From the sequence record OP599913.1: a stretch of DNA of 64,000 bases, one strand, 5' to 3'. Of the stretch, positions 37,267 to 45,888 are shown piece after piece. The notes under the pieces were generated by a model. It ran no database searches. It had not been told where the DNA came from and was given only the letters and a program-made list of their open reading frames with translations. Within the stretch, counting starts at the first letter, position 1, and every line of letters starts with the position of its first letter. The position numbers were made by a program, and so were the translations under genes.

Positions 37267-38820
37267 ATGTTTAACATCGAAGTTAAGCGGAAATCCAAGA
37301 AAACGATTAAAGCCATCATTGTTTCGTTGAATGAGAAGAGCCTCCGCTTTAACGGTGATGCAACAATCAAACTTGAACGGGTGATTAAAGAAAAGGATGC
37401 GAGTGATCCTAATCTCTTCAGTTGTTTCAACGAGTATGTAGAAAATATCTTCGATACGGATAAGAAGATTGAACTCTTTAAGTTGTATGAAAAGGCGTAT
37501 CAGATTGCTGAAAGTCCCACGTATAAGGACTACCGGGTTGAAATCGCTGAAATTAAACCGATTATCAATGCTATTCTAAACCTCATTGATATTCCCAAGT
37601 ACTGTAGTTTCATCCAATATTCCGAACACATGGTCGTCCCTCCTGACCTGAGCGTTGCCTCCAGTAAAGGGGATTACCCAGAACAAACAACCATTACGGA
37701 TTACGACTATAAAGAGTTGGTTAAGCTGACCTTTGTGATCCGTTCGGTTTATCCGATCATCTTCTCGTTAATTGCTCGCTTCGATGCGGCAATGGGAACA
37801 GGGTACAGTGAGCAGGTGTGTGGGAGTCTGATTAAAGATAACGCCCACATCGTTAACCTGTATGGGTGGAAGAAACTTCAGACCTATGTGAACTTTGCCT
37901 TTGGTAAACGGGGCATACCCCAGCAAGCAGACAGTATTGGGAGTGTGGAGTATTTCGTGGAGCGGGTGCTGTATGACACCCTCTTCTCCCGGCTGTGCTG
38001 TGCAGTGATCCCCGAGACCGAAGAAGGGAAACACTTGGCCACCGCCATTAACGCTTCAGTACGTCATCATGGATCGATTGGGGGAGGGTTTAAAGCCAAG
38101 GATGGTCGGGAAGGTGAGGATGATAAGCGGTCCCTGTTGGAACGGTATCATATCAACGAAGAGATCAAGGCGGCAAATGAAACCGTAGACGCTGAGTATT
38201 TCAGTTTAGGGTTGTTTGACGAGAATGACAATGAACGGTATGTGGATCGGTTCAAGATCCCGTGTCTGGGGCTGGGTATACAGAATCCCCAGCTGGTGGA
38301 ACAGGTCTACGACAACATGCCCCCGAACTGGGACATCACGTTGGATAATCACGTCATCACGTTGCTTCAGCTGACGTTCGTCGATGCGATTTCTCCTATG
38401 ATCTTCTGGAGTTGTGACGGGCATCAACTGCGGGCAGCCATTGCCTTGGCTCAGGTCCGTTTGAGCGAACAAGGGTATCATTACCTTCCGTCGGTACTGG
38501 GAGCGAGTAATAATCCCGGAGGCATGCGATCCCTTTCGGATGGTTTGCGGTTGAACACCGAAGATAAAGAATTCCTGGTCAGTATTTGTGACATCCAAAG
38601 TCGTAATGACGAAGGACGGTCCTTTAATGAAGCGGTGGAGGTCGCGACGGAGTTCTTGGAAACCTTTGGGAATGGGCAATGGAAATCGAACCTGGAATAT
38701 GGGGTGTTGGATGATCCTGAAGTCTATCAACGGGTAGAACGTGCGGCCTTGTTCGACCTGGAGATTGATTTGGAAATCAAGAATGAGTTCATGCGGTTAG
38801 TTAGACAAGTCAATACCTGA
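37267..38820 (+). CDS. nvRNAP promoter-specificity subunit (phiKZ gp68-like)
   Basis: 517-aa helical protein in the gp68 position of the nvRNAP block, preceded by the promoter motif at 37220. Confidence 0.65.
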   Translation: MFNIEVKRKSKKTIKAIIVSLNEKSLRFNGDATIKLERVIKEKDASDPNLFSCFNEYVENIFDTDKKIELFKLYEKAYQIAESPTYKDYRVEIAEIKPIINAILNLIDIPKYCSFIQYSEHMVVPPDLSVASSKGDYPEQTTITDYDYKELVKLTFVIRSVYPIIFSLIARFDAAMGTGYSEQVCGSLIKDNAHIVNLYGWKKLQTYVNFAFGKRGIPQQADSIGSVEYFVERVLYDTLFSRLCCAVIPETEEGKHLATAINASVRHHGSIGGGFKAKDGREGEDDKRSLLERYHINEEIKAANETVDAEYFSLGLFDENDNERYVDRFKIPCLGLGIQNPQLVEQVYDNMPPNWDITLDNHVITLLQLTFVDAISPMIFWSCDGHQLRAAIALAQVRLSEQGYHYLPSVLGASNNPGGMRSLSDGLRLNTEDKEFLVSICDIQSRNDEGRSFNEAVEVATEFLETFGNGQWKSNLEYGVLDDPEVYQRVERAALFDLEIDLEIKNEFMRLVRQVNT

Positions 38821-38854
38821 AAGTATCATCCGTAACTAGACAGAGGAAACAAAC

Positions 38855-40291
38855 ATGTCCGAAATGTTGGTGACATTGACCCGAGCCATCTTTGGCATGG
38901 GAAATAGCAACCACGATCACGTTCATCGTCATAACCAACTCAACCTGGACAGTACTGAGGTGGATGATCTCATCATGGAACAAGTCAATGGAGGTGTCAC
39001 CGCAGGTACCCTGAACCGCATTGCTGCCTCCAGCGGTAACTTGTCCCAGCGCCCTCAGGGTTACGTCTCCGTCGAAGAAGGCTTCGGTGTACGGCGGGGA
39101 ATTGGACAACTCACGTTCGTTATTGAAAGCAATTCGAACTTCCATTCGGAAATGTGTGTGGTGGGGTATCTCTTTGGAGGCACTGCGTCGGAACAAGGTA
39201 TCTCGGATGACACCATGTTCGTTCCGGTACGGACTTGGTCAACCTTGACGACCAACACCCATGACAGTCAAGGCTTCCCGATGACCAAGCGGATGATCGA
39301 CAGTTCCCACCAGTTCCTCATGGGATCGGTGGATCAGAACAAAGACCTGAAAGCCGTACGTCCGTTGGATGTTGGGAATGAAGCCTTGGGGTTTGCCGCC
39401 AGTGAAGAAGATGGTTCTGAGATGATGTATTCCGGGACGGTGGGGAGCGACCTCAAGAACAACACCTTGATGTCGAAGACCCTCAACCTCAACCCCACGC
39501 ATTATTCCCGGGAGTTGCTCAAACTGGCCACCAATGCAGGGTTCCACTCCTCCAATGGCAGTTCGTTGGAAGTGGAACTGTCCAACGGATTGATCGGCGA
39601 ATCGATTGGAGAGCTTTCTCCGCTCGAAAACCCTTTCATGCGGGCGATGATGCAATCCACCGGTCAGTACATGCTGGGTGGTTTCCAGGGATTCAGTATT
39701 GGGGAAATCTATCAGGTCTTCGATAACCTGTTGGATGTCATGAACCTCAACCTGTTGAATCCCAGTTCCTTTGCAGAAGACAACACCTTGCTCACCAGCA
39801 GTGAATATGGCTCTGCGGGTAACCATGAGGTGATTGCTACGGAACTGGCGATGATGTCGGTTCACTTGATGTTGCAGTGCGGTCTCTCCAGCCTACGGTT
39901 CTCCGCCACCAATAACCTCATGGAATATAGCACGATCATGGATGATGGTGTGGGTGTCGCTTTCGTCATCGGTGAAGCCATGTCCATGTTGGACAATGAC
40001 ATGTTCGTGGAAAACCGGGTGGAGGACTTCAAGCGTCTGATCGCCCAACACTTCTTCTCGAAATACTCGGGTCCTCATGTTCATTTGAGAACCTTGATGA
40101 ATATTGAGGTGGAGTGCTACATGTTTGGTGAGATCGTTATTACGATTGCGTTCAATGGGGAAGACAACGAGAAAACCTTCACCAACGCCACCTACTACAT
40201 TAATCATACCAGTAGCAGCATTGCCGGTAATGAAAACGGCCTGTTGGAAGCCAAGAACTTCCTGACTGGTATTCGTGAATACTTCAGCTAA
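38855..40291 (+). CDS. Putative PicA/Imp1 nuclear-import factor (phiKZ gp69-like)
   Basis: 478 aa immediately after the gp68-like gene. Assigned by size and synteny only. Confidence 0.6.
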   Translation: MSEMLVTLTRAIFGMGNSNHDHVHRHNQLNLDSTEVDDLIMEQVNGGVTAGTLNRIAASSGNLSQRPQGYVSVEEGFGVRRGIGQLTFVIESNSNFHSEMCVVGYLFGGTASEQGISDDTMFVPVRTWSTLTTNTHDSQGFPMTKRMIDSSHQFLMGSVDQNKDLKAVRPLDVGNEALGFAASEEDGSEMMYSGTVGSDLKNNTLMSKTLNLNPTHYSRELLKLATNAGFHSSNGSSLEVELSNGLIGESIGELSPLENPFMRAMMQSTGQYMLGGFQGFSIGEIYQVFDNLLDVMNLNLLNPSSFAEDNTLLTSSEYGSAGNHEVIATELAMMSVHLMLQCGLSSLRFSATNNLMEYSTIMDDGVGVAFVIGEAMSMLDNDMFVENRVEDFKRLIAQHFFSKYSGPHVHLRTLMNIEVECYMFGEIVITIAFNGEDNEKTFTNATYYINHTSSSIAGNENGLLEAKNFLTGIREYFS

Positions 40292-40305
40292 GAGGATAAC
40301 CGCTC

Positions 40306-41742
40306 ATGCACGAAACCAATGAACTGAACAAACTGTACGAAGCGATGTGTTTGTCGTGGGGGGCGCAGGTTAAGGAACAGGGACGACTCGTCTTTATGAT
40401 CGATGGGGAAGAATTCCCACTCCGTATTGATGGGATGACCCTCCACCTGCCGCTGAGCGAAGTCCTGGACGGGAACTGTGTGGATAAGGTCTTCTTCCAC
40501 CCTGCCTGTGAAAACATCGTGTCGAAAGAAACGGAAGTGTTCAAGATCATCCGGCGGATGACCTGTATGAAACTGCTGGATACCTTCCGTCGTATTCCGA
40601 TGGTGTTGTTCACCGTCGCCGGCCATAAGCCCAAGAGTACCTGGAACCAACGTATCCATGACATGCTGGAACCCCTTAAAGGTGCCAAGCGTGCGGTACG
40701 GGATGAACTCAATGCGTTGTTCAGCCGTATGCATGTGGAAGTGGAAGAGAATGGGTTGGATAACCGTTTCATTCACTTCAAGGTATCTAAGGGTGGCGGT
40801 ACCAGCAAGACCACGGGTCAACGGATCTATTACAAGACCCGCCCGGAGTTTCCGTTCTATACGGAAATCGTTCGTCGTCTGGCACGTTCAGATGGTCAAT
40901 CGGATAACCAGACCATTGAAATCAATAACCACACGGTCTCCAGAGCAGCACTTCGTCTGGCCGCCCATATCTTCCAGAACGTCCTCCCGGCGGTGAACAG
41001 TCCCAGTGACTATGAGTTTGAATCGACTTCCCCGGTGGCGTCTCGTCTAGTGTCCTACATGGGGTGCTATGCGGAAATCGCGGATCAATTGAATAAGATC
41101 CAGAATACCTTCCGATCTGATTTCGATAAAGTCGGGTTGTACCCGATTGATCTGAGCTGGACGGAACGCCTGGAAGAACTGCCAGATATCTATCGTCAAG
41201 TCCCGGTACTGGATTACAACAGCCACAACACCCATGATGAAGTCCAGCATCAAGCAGTGAGTCGGAATGACATGGGTGGTCTGCTGTCGGTTACCAGTAC
41301 CAACCAACAGGGTGTTTCTCAACATCAATCTCAACAGCAGCACGTTGCCGGAATGAACGGGGACTATGACGTATCACCTCCGCAGATGCAAGCGGGTGAC
41401 CGGTATGTCCGTACTGAGATCGATTATGTCGGTCAGCGTGTCCTCCACCATGCGGTTAACCAAACCACCAATAACCCGGTCGTCTACATCTGTAGTCGTA
41501 AAGGGAACTTCCTGCAACGCTCTGAAACCAACATGATGCTTCAGCAAATGGGTATGTTGGGTGGGATGGGTGGTATGATGGGTGGAACGATGCTGGCCAA
41601 TGGGATGGTTCAACTGCCGAACGGTATGATCGTGAATCCGCAGATGATGGGGGGTGTTTCGATGCCTACACCTACCGCCGCGCCGAGTGTATATCCGGAT
41701 GCTGGTATGGGGTTTGACCTGGGAGCCCCAGGTATCTTCTAA
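40306..41742 (+). CDS. Conserved hypothetical protein (phiKZ gp70 position) with a Gln/Met/Gly-rich low-complexity C-terminus
   Basis: 478 aa; tail QQMGMLGGMGGMMGGTMLANGMVQLPNGMIVNPQMMGG. Confidence 0.75.
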   Translation: MHETNELNKLYEAMCLSWGAQVKEQGRLVFMIDGEEFPLRIDGMTLHLPLSEVLDGNCVDKVFFHPACENIVSKETEVFKIIRRMTCMKLLDTFRRIPMVLFTVAGHKPKSTWNQRIHDMLEPLKGAKRAVRDELNALFSRMHVEVEENGLDNRFIHFKVSKGGGTSKTTGQRIYYKTRPEFPFYTEIVRRLARSDGQSDNQTIEINNHTVSRAALRLAAHIFQNVLPAVNSPSDYEFESTSPVASRLVSYMGCYAEIADQLNKIQNTFRSDFDKVGLYPIDLSWTERLEELPDIYRQVPVLDYNSHNTHDEVQHQAVSRNDMGGLLSVTSTNQQGVSQHQSQQQHVAGMNGDYDVSPPQMQAGDRYVRTEIDYVGQRVLHHAVNQTTNNPVVYICSRKGNFLQRSETNMMLQQMGMLGGMGGMMGGTMLANGMVQLPNGMIVNPQMMGGVSMPTPTAAPSVYPDAGMGFDLGAPGIF

Positions 41743-41759
41743 GCAACCATAACCTTACC

Positions 41760-41800
41760 AGTACCTAGCGGGATGTCCCGCTAGGTACTGTATTTTCTCT
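41760..41800. terminator. Terminator between convergent genes
   Basis: agtacctagcggga / tcccgctaggtact 14-bp stem. Confidence 0.75.
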
Positions 41801-41817
41801 ATTTTATTCCAGTATTT

Positions 41818-42147
41818 TTACGCTTGGGTCGTATTACTACGTGCAACGGCCTGGGTCAAATGGGCCTCGTCAATTATCTTGTAACTTTGCATGCCCGCAC
41901 AATCCATAAAGGGATCTTCAATCCCATTCAGATAGGCAGTGACCCACAGCATATGGTTTTCAACCCCTTGAACCCTCAAGAATCGATAGAAGTCATACCG
42001 ATAAGCGTACAGTTGTGCGTGAGAGACGATTGGAATCTCCTGGGTTTGACGGAGGAGTATTTCCCGTTCGGACCGCACCAAGACTTTGAACCGTTCAGTA
42101 AAGAAGAAATCACGTCCTTCACTGAAGTTAACAATAGACAGTGGCAT
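41818..42147 (-). CDS. Small protein with a LysM/T4-gp53-like baseplate motif
   Basis: YAYRYDFYRFL...LWVTAYLNGIEDP resembles the W-x-I-x-x-x-N-x-I-x-DP motif of gp53/gpX-type proteins. AAGGA SD. Confidence 0.5.
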   Translation of the reverse strand: MPLSIVNFSEGRDFFFTERFKVLVRSEREILLRQTQEIPIVSHAQLYAYRYDFYRFLRVQGVENHMLWVTAYLNGIEDPFMDCAGMQSYKIIDEAHLTQAVARSNTTQA

Positions 42148-42186
42148 GGAGAAGATCCTTATCGATGCAGCTAACCATTTTTGAAC

Positions 42187-42203
42187 CTATATTATTTCTG
42201 TGA
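42187..42203 (+). promoter_or_regulatory. Phage promoter motif upstream of tnpB
   Basis: (AAC)CTATATTATTTCTGTGA, the same family as 1203, 18754, 19818, 37220 and 52793. Confidence 0.5.
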
Positions 42204-42225
42204 CCCAACATAAGGAATTATCCCA

Positions 42226-43368
42226 ATGGAATACTTAACGACCCAACGAAGTCGATTGTATCCCAACCTGGATACTCGTCTGGTATTAAACAAAACCATA
42301 GGGTGTTCACGTTTCATATGGAACGCTCTACTGGGTAATCATAAGGAAGAATACGGTCTTTGGGTAGAGGATCCAGAAACTCATCCTAAACCGAGTTGTT
42401 CTTTAAGTTCCTTTAATCAAAAGCTGAATGAGCTTAAAGTTGAATACCCCTGGTTAAATGAGGTCAGTTCTGTTGCTTTACAACAAACAGTTCTTCATTT
42501 AACCAAGGCTTTTAGTGAGTTCTTCCAGGGTATTCATGGTTATCCAAAATTTAAATCTAAACGAGATCCCGGTGGATTTAACCTCAGTAGTGCAGCGGGA
42601 ACTTTAGCCAAGGACGGCAAGATTCGAATCCCCAAGATAAAGGGATACACCACCTGTCGACCTAAGCTCCCGTTGGATCAGGAAATTAGGAACTACAGCA
42701 TTGTCAAAGACCGAGTTGGGAATTACTTTGTCAATTGCTTAGTAACTAAACCTTGTCTACCGAATACGGCTAAAGGTCAAGGACTGGTGGGGGTTGATCT
42801 GGGGATTAAATCCTTAGCGGTGGCGAAGCGGTCTACAGGTGAAATCTTTACCTTGGAGAATCCTCGAACCTACATGAAGTACCACCGTAGACGTGTACGA
42901 CTTCAACGGCGATTAGCCAAGAAACAGAAAGGGAGTCAAAACCGTAATAAAGCTAGAATTAAACTGGCCAAACTAGAACGTAAGGTCGGCAATATTCGCA
43001 AGAACACCCTGGATACCTTCACCTCTAAACTGATTAGCGAAAACCAAGTAATCAGTATTGAGGATTTGAATGTTAAAGGGATGCTGAAAAACAGCCGGTT
43101 GGCTAAGCATATCCAAGACTGTGGATTTAGCACCCTCCGGAGGATGTTGGAACACAAGGCTAAACGGTATGAATCACCGGTTATTATTAGCCTGGTCCAT
43201 CGATTTTACCCCAGCACCCAGTGTTGTTCAGCGTGTGGTATTAAACGTGAGATCAAACTGACCCTTAATGACCGGGAATGGACCTGCGCTGAATGCGGGA
43301 CCTCTCACGACAGAGACATCAATGCTGCAACGAATATCCTGTATGAAGGACTTCGGTTAGTGGTCTGA
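42226..43368 (+). CDS. tnpB: TnpB RNA-guided endonuclease (IS200/IS605/IS607 superfamily), no tnpA nearby
   Basis: N-terminal RLYPN...IGCSRFIWN HTH, RuvC-I VGVDLGIK, RuvC-II ISIEDLNVKGM, Zn finger CCSAC...CAEC and RuvC-III HDRDINAATNI. All three catalytic acidic residues are present. Confidence 0.95.
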   Translation: MEYLTTQRSRLYPNLDTRLVLNKTIGCSRFIWNALLGNHKEEYGLWVEDPETHPKPSCSLSSFNQKLNELKVEYPWLNEVSSVALQQTVLHLTKAFSEFFQGIHGYPKFKSKRDPGGFNLSSAAGTLAKDGKIRIPKIKGYTTCRPKLPLDQEIRNYSIVKDRVGNYFVNCLVTKPCLPNTAKGQGLVGVDLGIKSLAVAKRSTGEIFTLENPRTYMKYHRRRVRLQRRLAKKQKGSQNRNKARIKLAKLERKVGNIRKNTLDTFTSKLISENQVISIEDLNVKGMLKNSRLAKHIQDCGFSTLRRMLEHKAKRYESPVIISLVHRFYPSTQCCSACGIKREIKLTLNDREWTCAECGTSHDRDINAATNILYEGLRLVV

Positions 43369-43515
43369 TAGAAAATTTACTCTTTGGAGTAACTACCGAA
43401 GCCTACTCGGGATGTTAAGCCTGTGGAGCATCAGTGCGGTTAAGCTGAGCAATGAAGCAGGAAGTTTGAGGTTAAAACATTGGGATAAAGACAGTTTTAA
43501 CTCTTTATTGAAAAG
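43369..43515 (+). ncRNA. Putative TnpB omegaRNA scaffold / right-end region
   Basis: Contains AAGCCTGTGGAG and GAAGCAGGAAG, typical of tnpB 3' ends, then a gttaaaac/gttttaac hairpin. The exact boundary was not determined. Confidence 0.6.
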
Positions 43516-43542
43516 ACTGCTGTTGACTGTAATGGAGCCGTT

Positions 43543-45849
43543 ATGAGTAAAGAAAAATTGAATCAGGACCTGAAAGGTGTAAGTAGTGAGATCCGTGCCG
43601 CATTGGGTACAGAGGATCCGGTTCTTACCCCTGACAGTGCAGCGGGTCAATTCCTCCAGGAAGTCCGTTACAAGTATCCCTGTGGGGAGAATCAAATCCA
43701 TCCTGCGTTAGTGGGTGTCAGCAGTAACCTGATTCTCTTCCCGCACGAAGCCTCCGCGGGTCGTCTCTATATGGCGGGTAACATGATCCCTAAATCCGTG
43801 CCGACCGAAGGAGCGGGTGAACGGATGATGGTAACCGGGTACGAATTTGAGGAACATTACGGTGGAACGGCTCGTAAGGTCGAAGCCCCTGCGAATATGC
43901 TGGTGGAAGAGATCTTCTTCGTTCAGAGTCTGGTTCCGGGTAAGGATACGGATGACTGGAATTCGATTTACGTGGTCTTTAAGAACGACGAACAGAACGC
44001 CTACGACCTTCTGGAGCTACCTCGGTATAATACCCATAACCACTACGTTGGGTTCGAATATAAATACGATAAAGAGAAACTCCGTAAGCTCCGTAAAGGT
44101 GCCACTTTCGCTAAAGGGACCGTCTTCGCTAAGAGTCCCCGTATCAGTGAGAATGGGGAATGGTGTTTTGCAATGCCGACCTTGGTAGCCGCCTATTCGG
44201 ACCAAAGGACTGAAGAGGATGGCGTGCTTATCACCCGTTCCTATGCGGAACGTTCGGCCTGTATGTTCAAGCACGAGTTCAGCTATGAATGGAATGAGGA
44301 TGAATGGATTCCTCTGATGCTGTACGGAACGGACGAGAACCCCCAACCGCTTCCTGAGTCGGGTGATAACATTCGTGAGGATGGGATCGTCATGGGCTTC
44401 CGTCGCCGCATCAAAGAGAACGCGCTGGTTTCCCTGACCAAGAAGTCCCTACGAGAACCGGATCTTGTGTACGACAAGTTGTTTTACGCACCTGTGGATG
44501 CGGTTGTGATGTCAGTCACTGTTCGGTCGGATCGGATGAAGAACCGGTCCAATAACCGGGGTACGGATTACATCGAACAACACCACAATGCCATGCTGGA
44601 CCGCTATGAGAAACGCCAGAATGAAATGTGGAACAATGTGATCCGGTGGTACGAAGGGAAGATCGCTGCCAACCGCGGGGAAGACATCCCCATTACCTTT
44701 AACCTCGATACATTCATTCGGAACGCGTATGGTAACTATACCCGCAATGGGTTGGGTCGTATTAACCCGTTGGCCCGAGTGGAACGGTGGGATAAGCTGA
44801 AAGATTGGAACGTGACCATCGAACTGAAGGAACGGGTTAAAGGTCGTGTTAAATTCAAGTACGCGGGTTTGAACGGTGACAAAGGGGTGTGTGTACGAGT
44901 CATTGAAGACGACGAAGCCCCAACCTATCCGGACGGGACTCGGGCGGAGTTCATTAAAGATAACGTACCAGCGTTCCGTCGCCAGATCTTTTCGTTGCTT
45001 ATGGAACTGAGTATCAACTATGTGAACATGAACGTTCAACGGGAAGTCAGACACCTACGGCTACAAGGGGATTATGAAGGCGCTTTCCAGGCGTTGATGA
45101 CGTTCTATGAAACCGGTTTCCCTGAATTCAGTGAATTGGTTGCTCATGCGTTGGTTACGGAGGAGGAGAAACGTGAGCACGTCGACGATGTCTGTCGCCG
45201 GAAGATTTCCGTGCATGTGGTCAGTAACACGAAGTTGTATGGCGTGAACCTGATCAACGCCCTGCGTCGTCAATACCCGTATAAGCCGCAGAAAGCCATT
45301 ATCGTGAACGCACTGGGGGAACGGGTGGAAACCGAGAACCCTATCCTTATCAGCTGTCAGGACATTATGCTTCTGGATAAGTTTGGTACGGACATGAGTG
45401 CGCAGAGTATGCCGAAGGCTAACCTCTTTGGTATGCCAGCGAAGATGAACGAAGGCAGTAAATACGCCACCCCCATGAAAGACAGTAATAACAAGAATAC
45501 CGGTGAAACCGAAGGCCGGTTGCAAGTCAGTCACGCGGGCGGGCAGGAAATGATCAAGCAACTGGCTCTGGCGTATTCCCCCGAGAACCAGAAGAAAGCC
45601 TCCCAACGGGTTATTCGTGCGGATGATCCGTTTGAGATTCCTCGGTTGATTAAACCGGAGGAGTATTTGGGGAATCGGGCGTTGAAAATGGCGGTGGGAA
45701 TGTTGTCGGATTCGGGTTATCGGCTGCGGGCTGAACTGCCCAGTGATCGTCGGGAATATCCAACCTTTAACATGGATGAAATCCCAGGGTTAGATGACGA
45801 GACCTTGAAGCAGCTTCAGTCATCCGAGAAACCCACTCAAGAACCTTAA
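43543..45849 (+). CDS. Non-virion RNA polymerase beta-like C-terminal subunit (phiKZ gp71-73-like), uninterrupted
   Basis: SAGRLYMAGN, TEEDGVLITRSY and KFKYAGLNGDKGV (bacterial GDKMAGRHGNKG) motifs, plus NKNTGETEGR. Confidence 0.88.
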   Translation: MSKEKLNQDLKGVSSEIRAALGTEDPVLTPDSAAGQFLQEVRYKYPCGENQIHPALVGVSSNLILFPHEASAGRLYMAGNMIPKSVPTEGAGERMMVTGYEFEEHYGGTARKVEAPANMLVEEIFFVQSLVPGKDTDDWNSIYVVFKNDEQNAYDLLELPRYNTHNHYVGFEYKYDKEKLRKLRKGATFAKGTVFAKSPRISENGEWCFAMPTLVAAYSDQRTEEDGVLITRSYAERSACMFKHEFSYEWNEDEWIPLMLYGTDENPQPLPESGDNIREDGIVMGFRRRIKENALVSLTKKSLREPDLVYDKLFYAPVDAVVMSVTVRSDRMKNRSNNRGTDYIEQHHNAMLDRYEKRQNEMWNNVIRWYEGKIAANRGEDIPITFNLDTFIRNAYGNYTRNGLGRINPLARVERWDKLKDWNVTIELKERVKGRVKFKYAGLNGDKGVCVRVIEDDEAPTYPDGTRAEFIKDNVPAFRRQIFSLLMELSINYVNMNVQREVRHLRLQGDYEGAFQALMTFYETGFPEFSELVAHALVTEEEKREHVDDVCRRKISVHVVSNTKLYGVNLINALRRQYPYKPQKAIIVNALGERVETENPILISCQDIMLLDKFGTDMSAQSMPKANLFGMPAKMNEGSKYATPMKDSNNKNTGETEGRLQVSHAGGQEMIKQLALAYSPENQKKASQRVIRADDPFEIPRLIKPEEYLGNRALKMAVGMLSDSGYRLRAELPSDRREYPTFNMDEIPGLDDETLKQLQSSEKPTQEP

Positions 45850-45888
45850 CCCCATGATAGACTCACGGTATGGAGAGGAATGTAACTC

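Noticed and set aside
42226-43545. TnpB as a Cas12/CRISPR system or as part of an IStron
   Set aside because: There is no repeat-spacer array or cas genes, and the size and Zn finger fit TnpB. I see no group I core around it, and the downstream RNAP beta gene appears to have an intact N-terminus.
43543-45849. An intron in nvRNAP beta, as in some relatives
   Set aside because: The ORF is continuous for 768 aa with the expected motifs in order.
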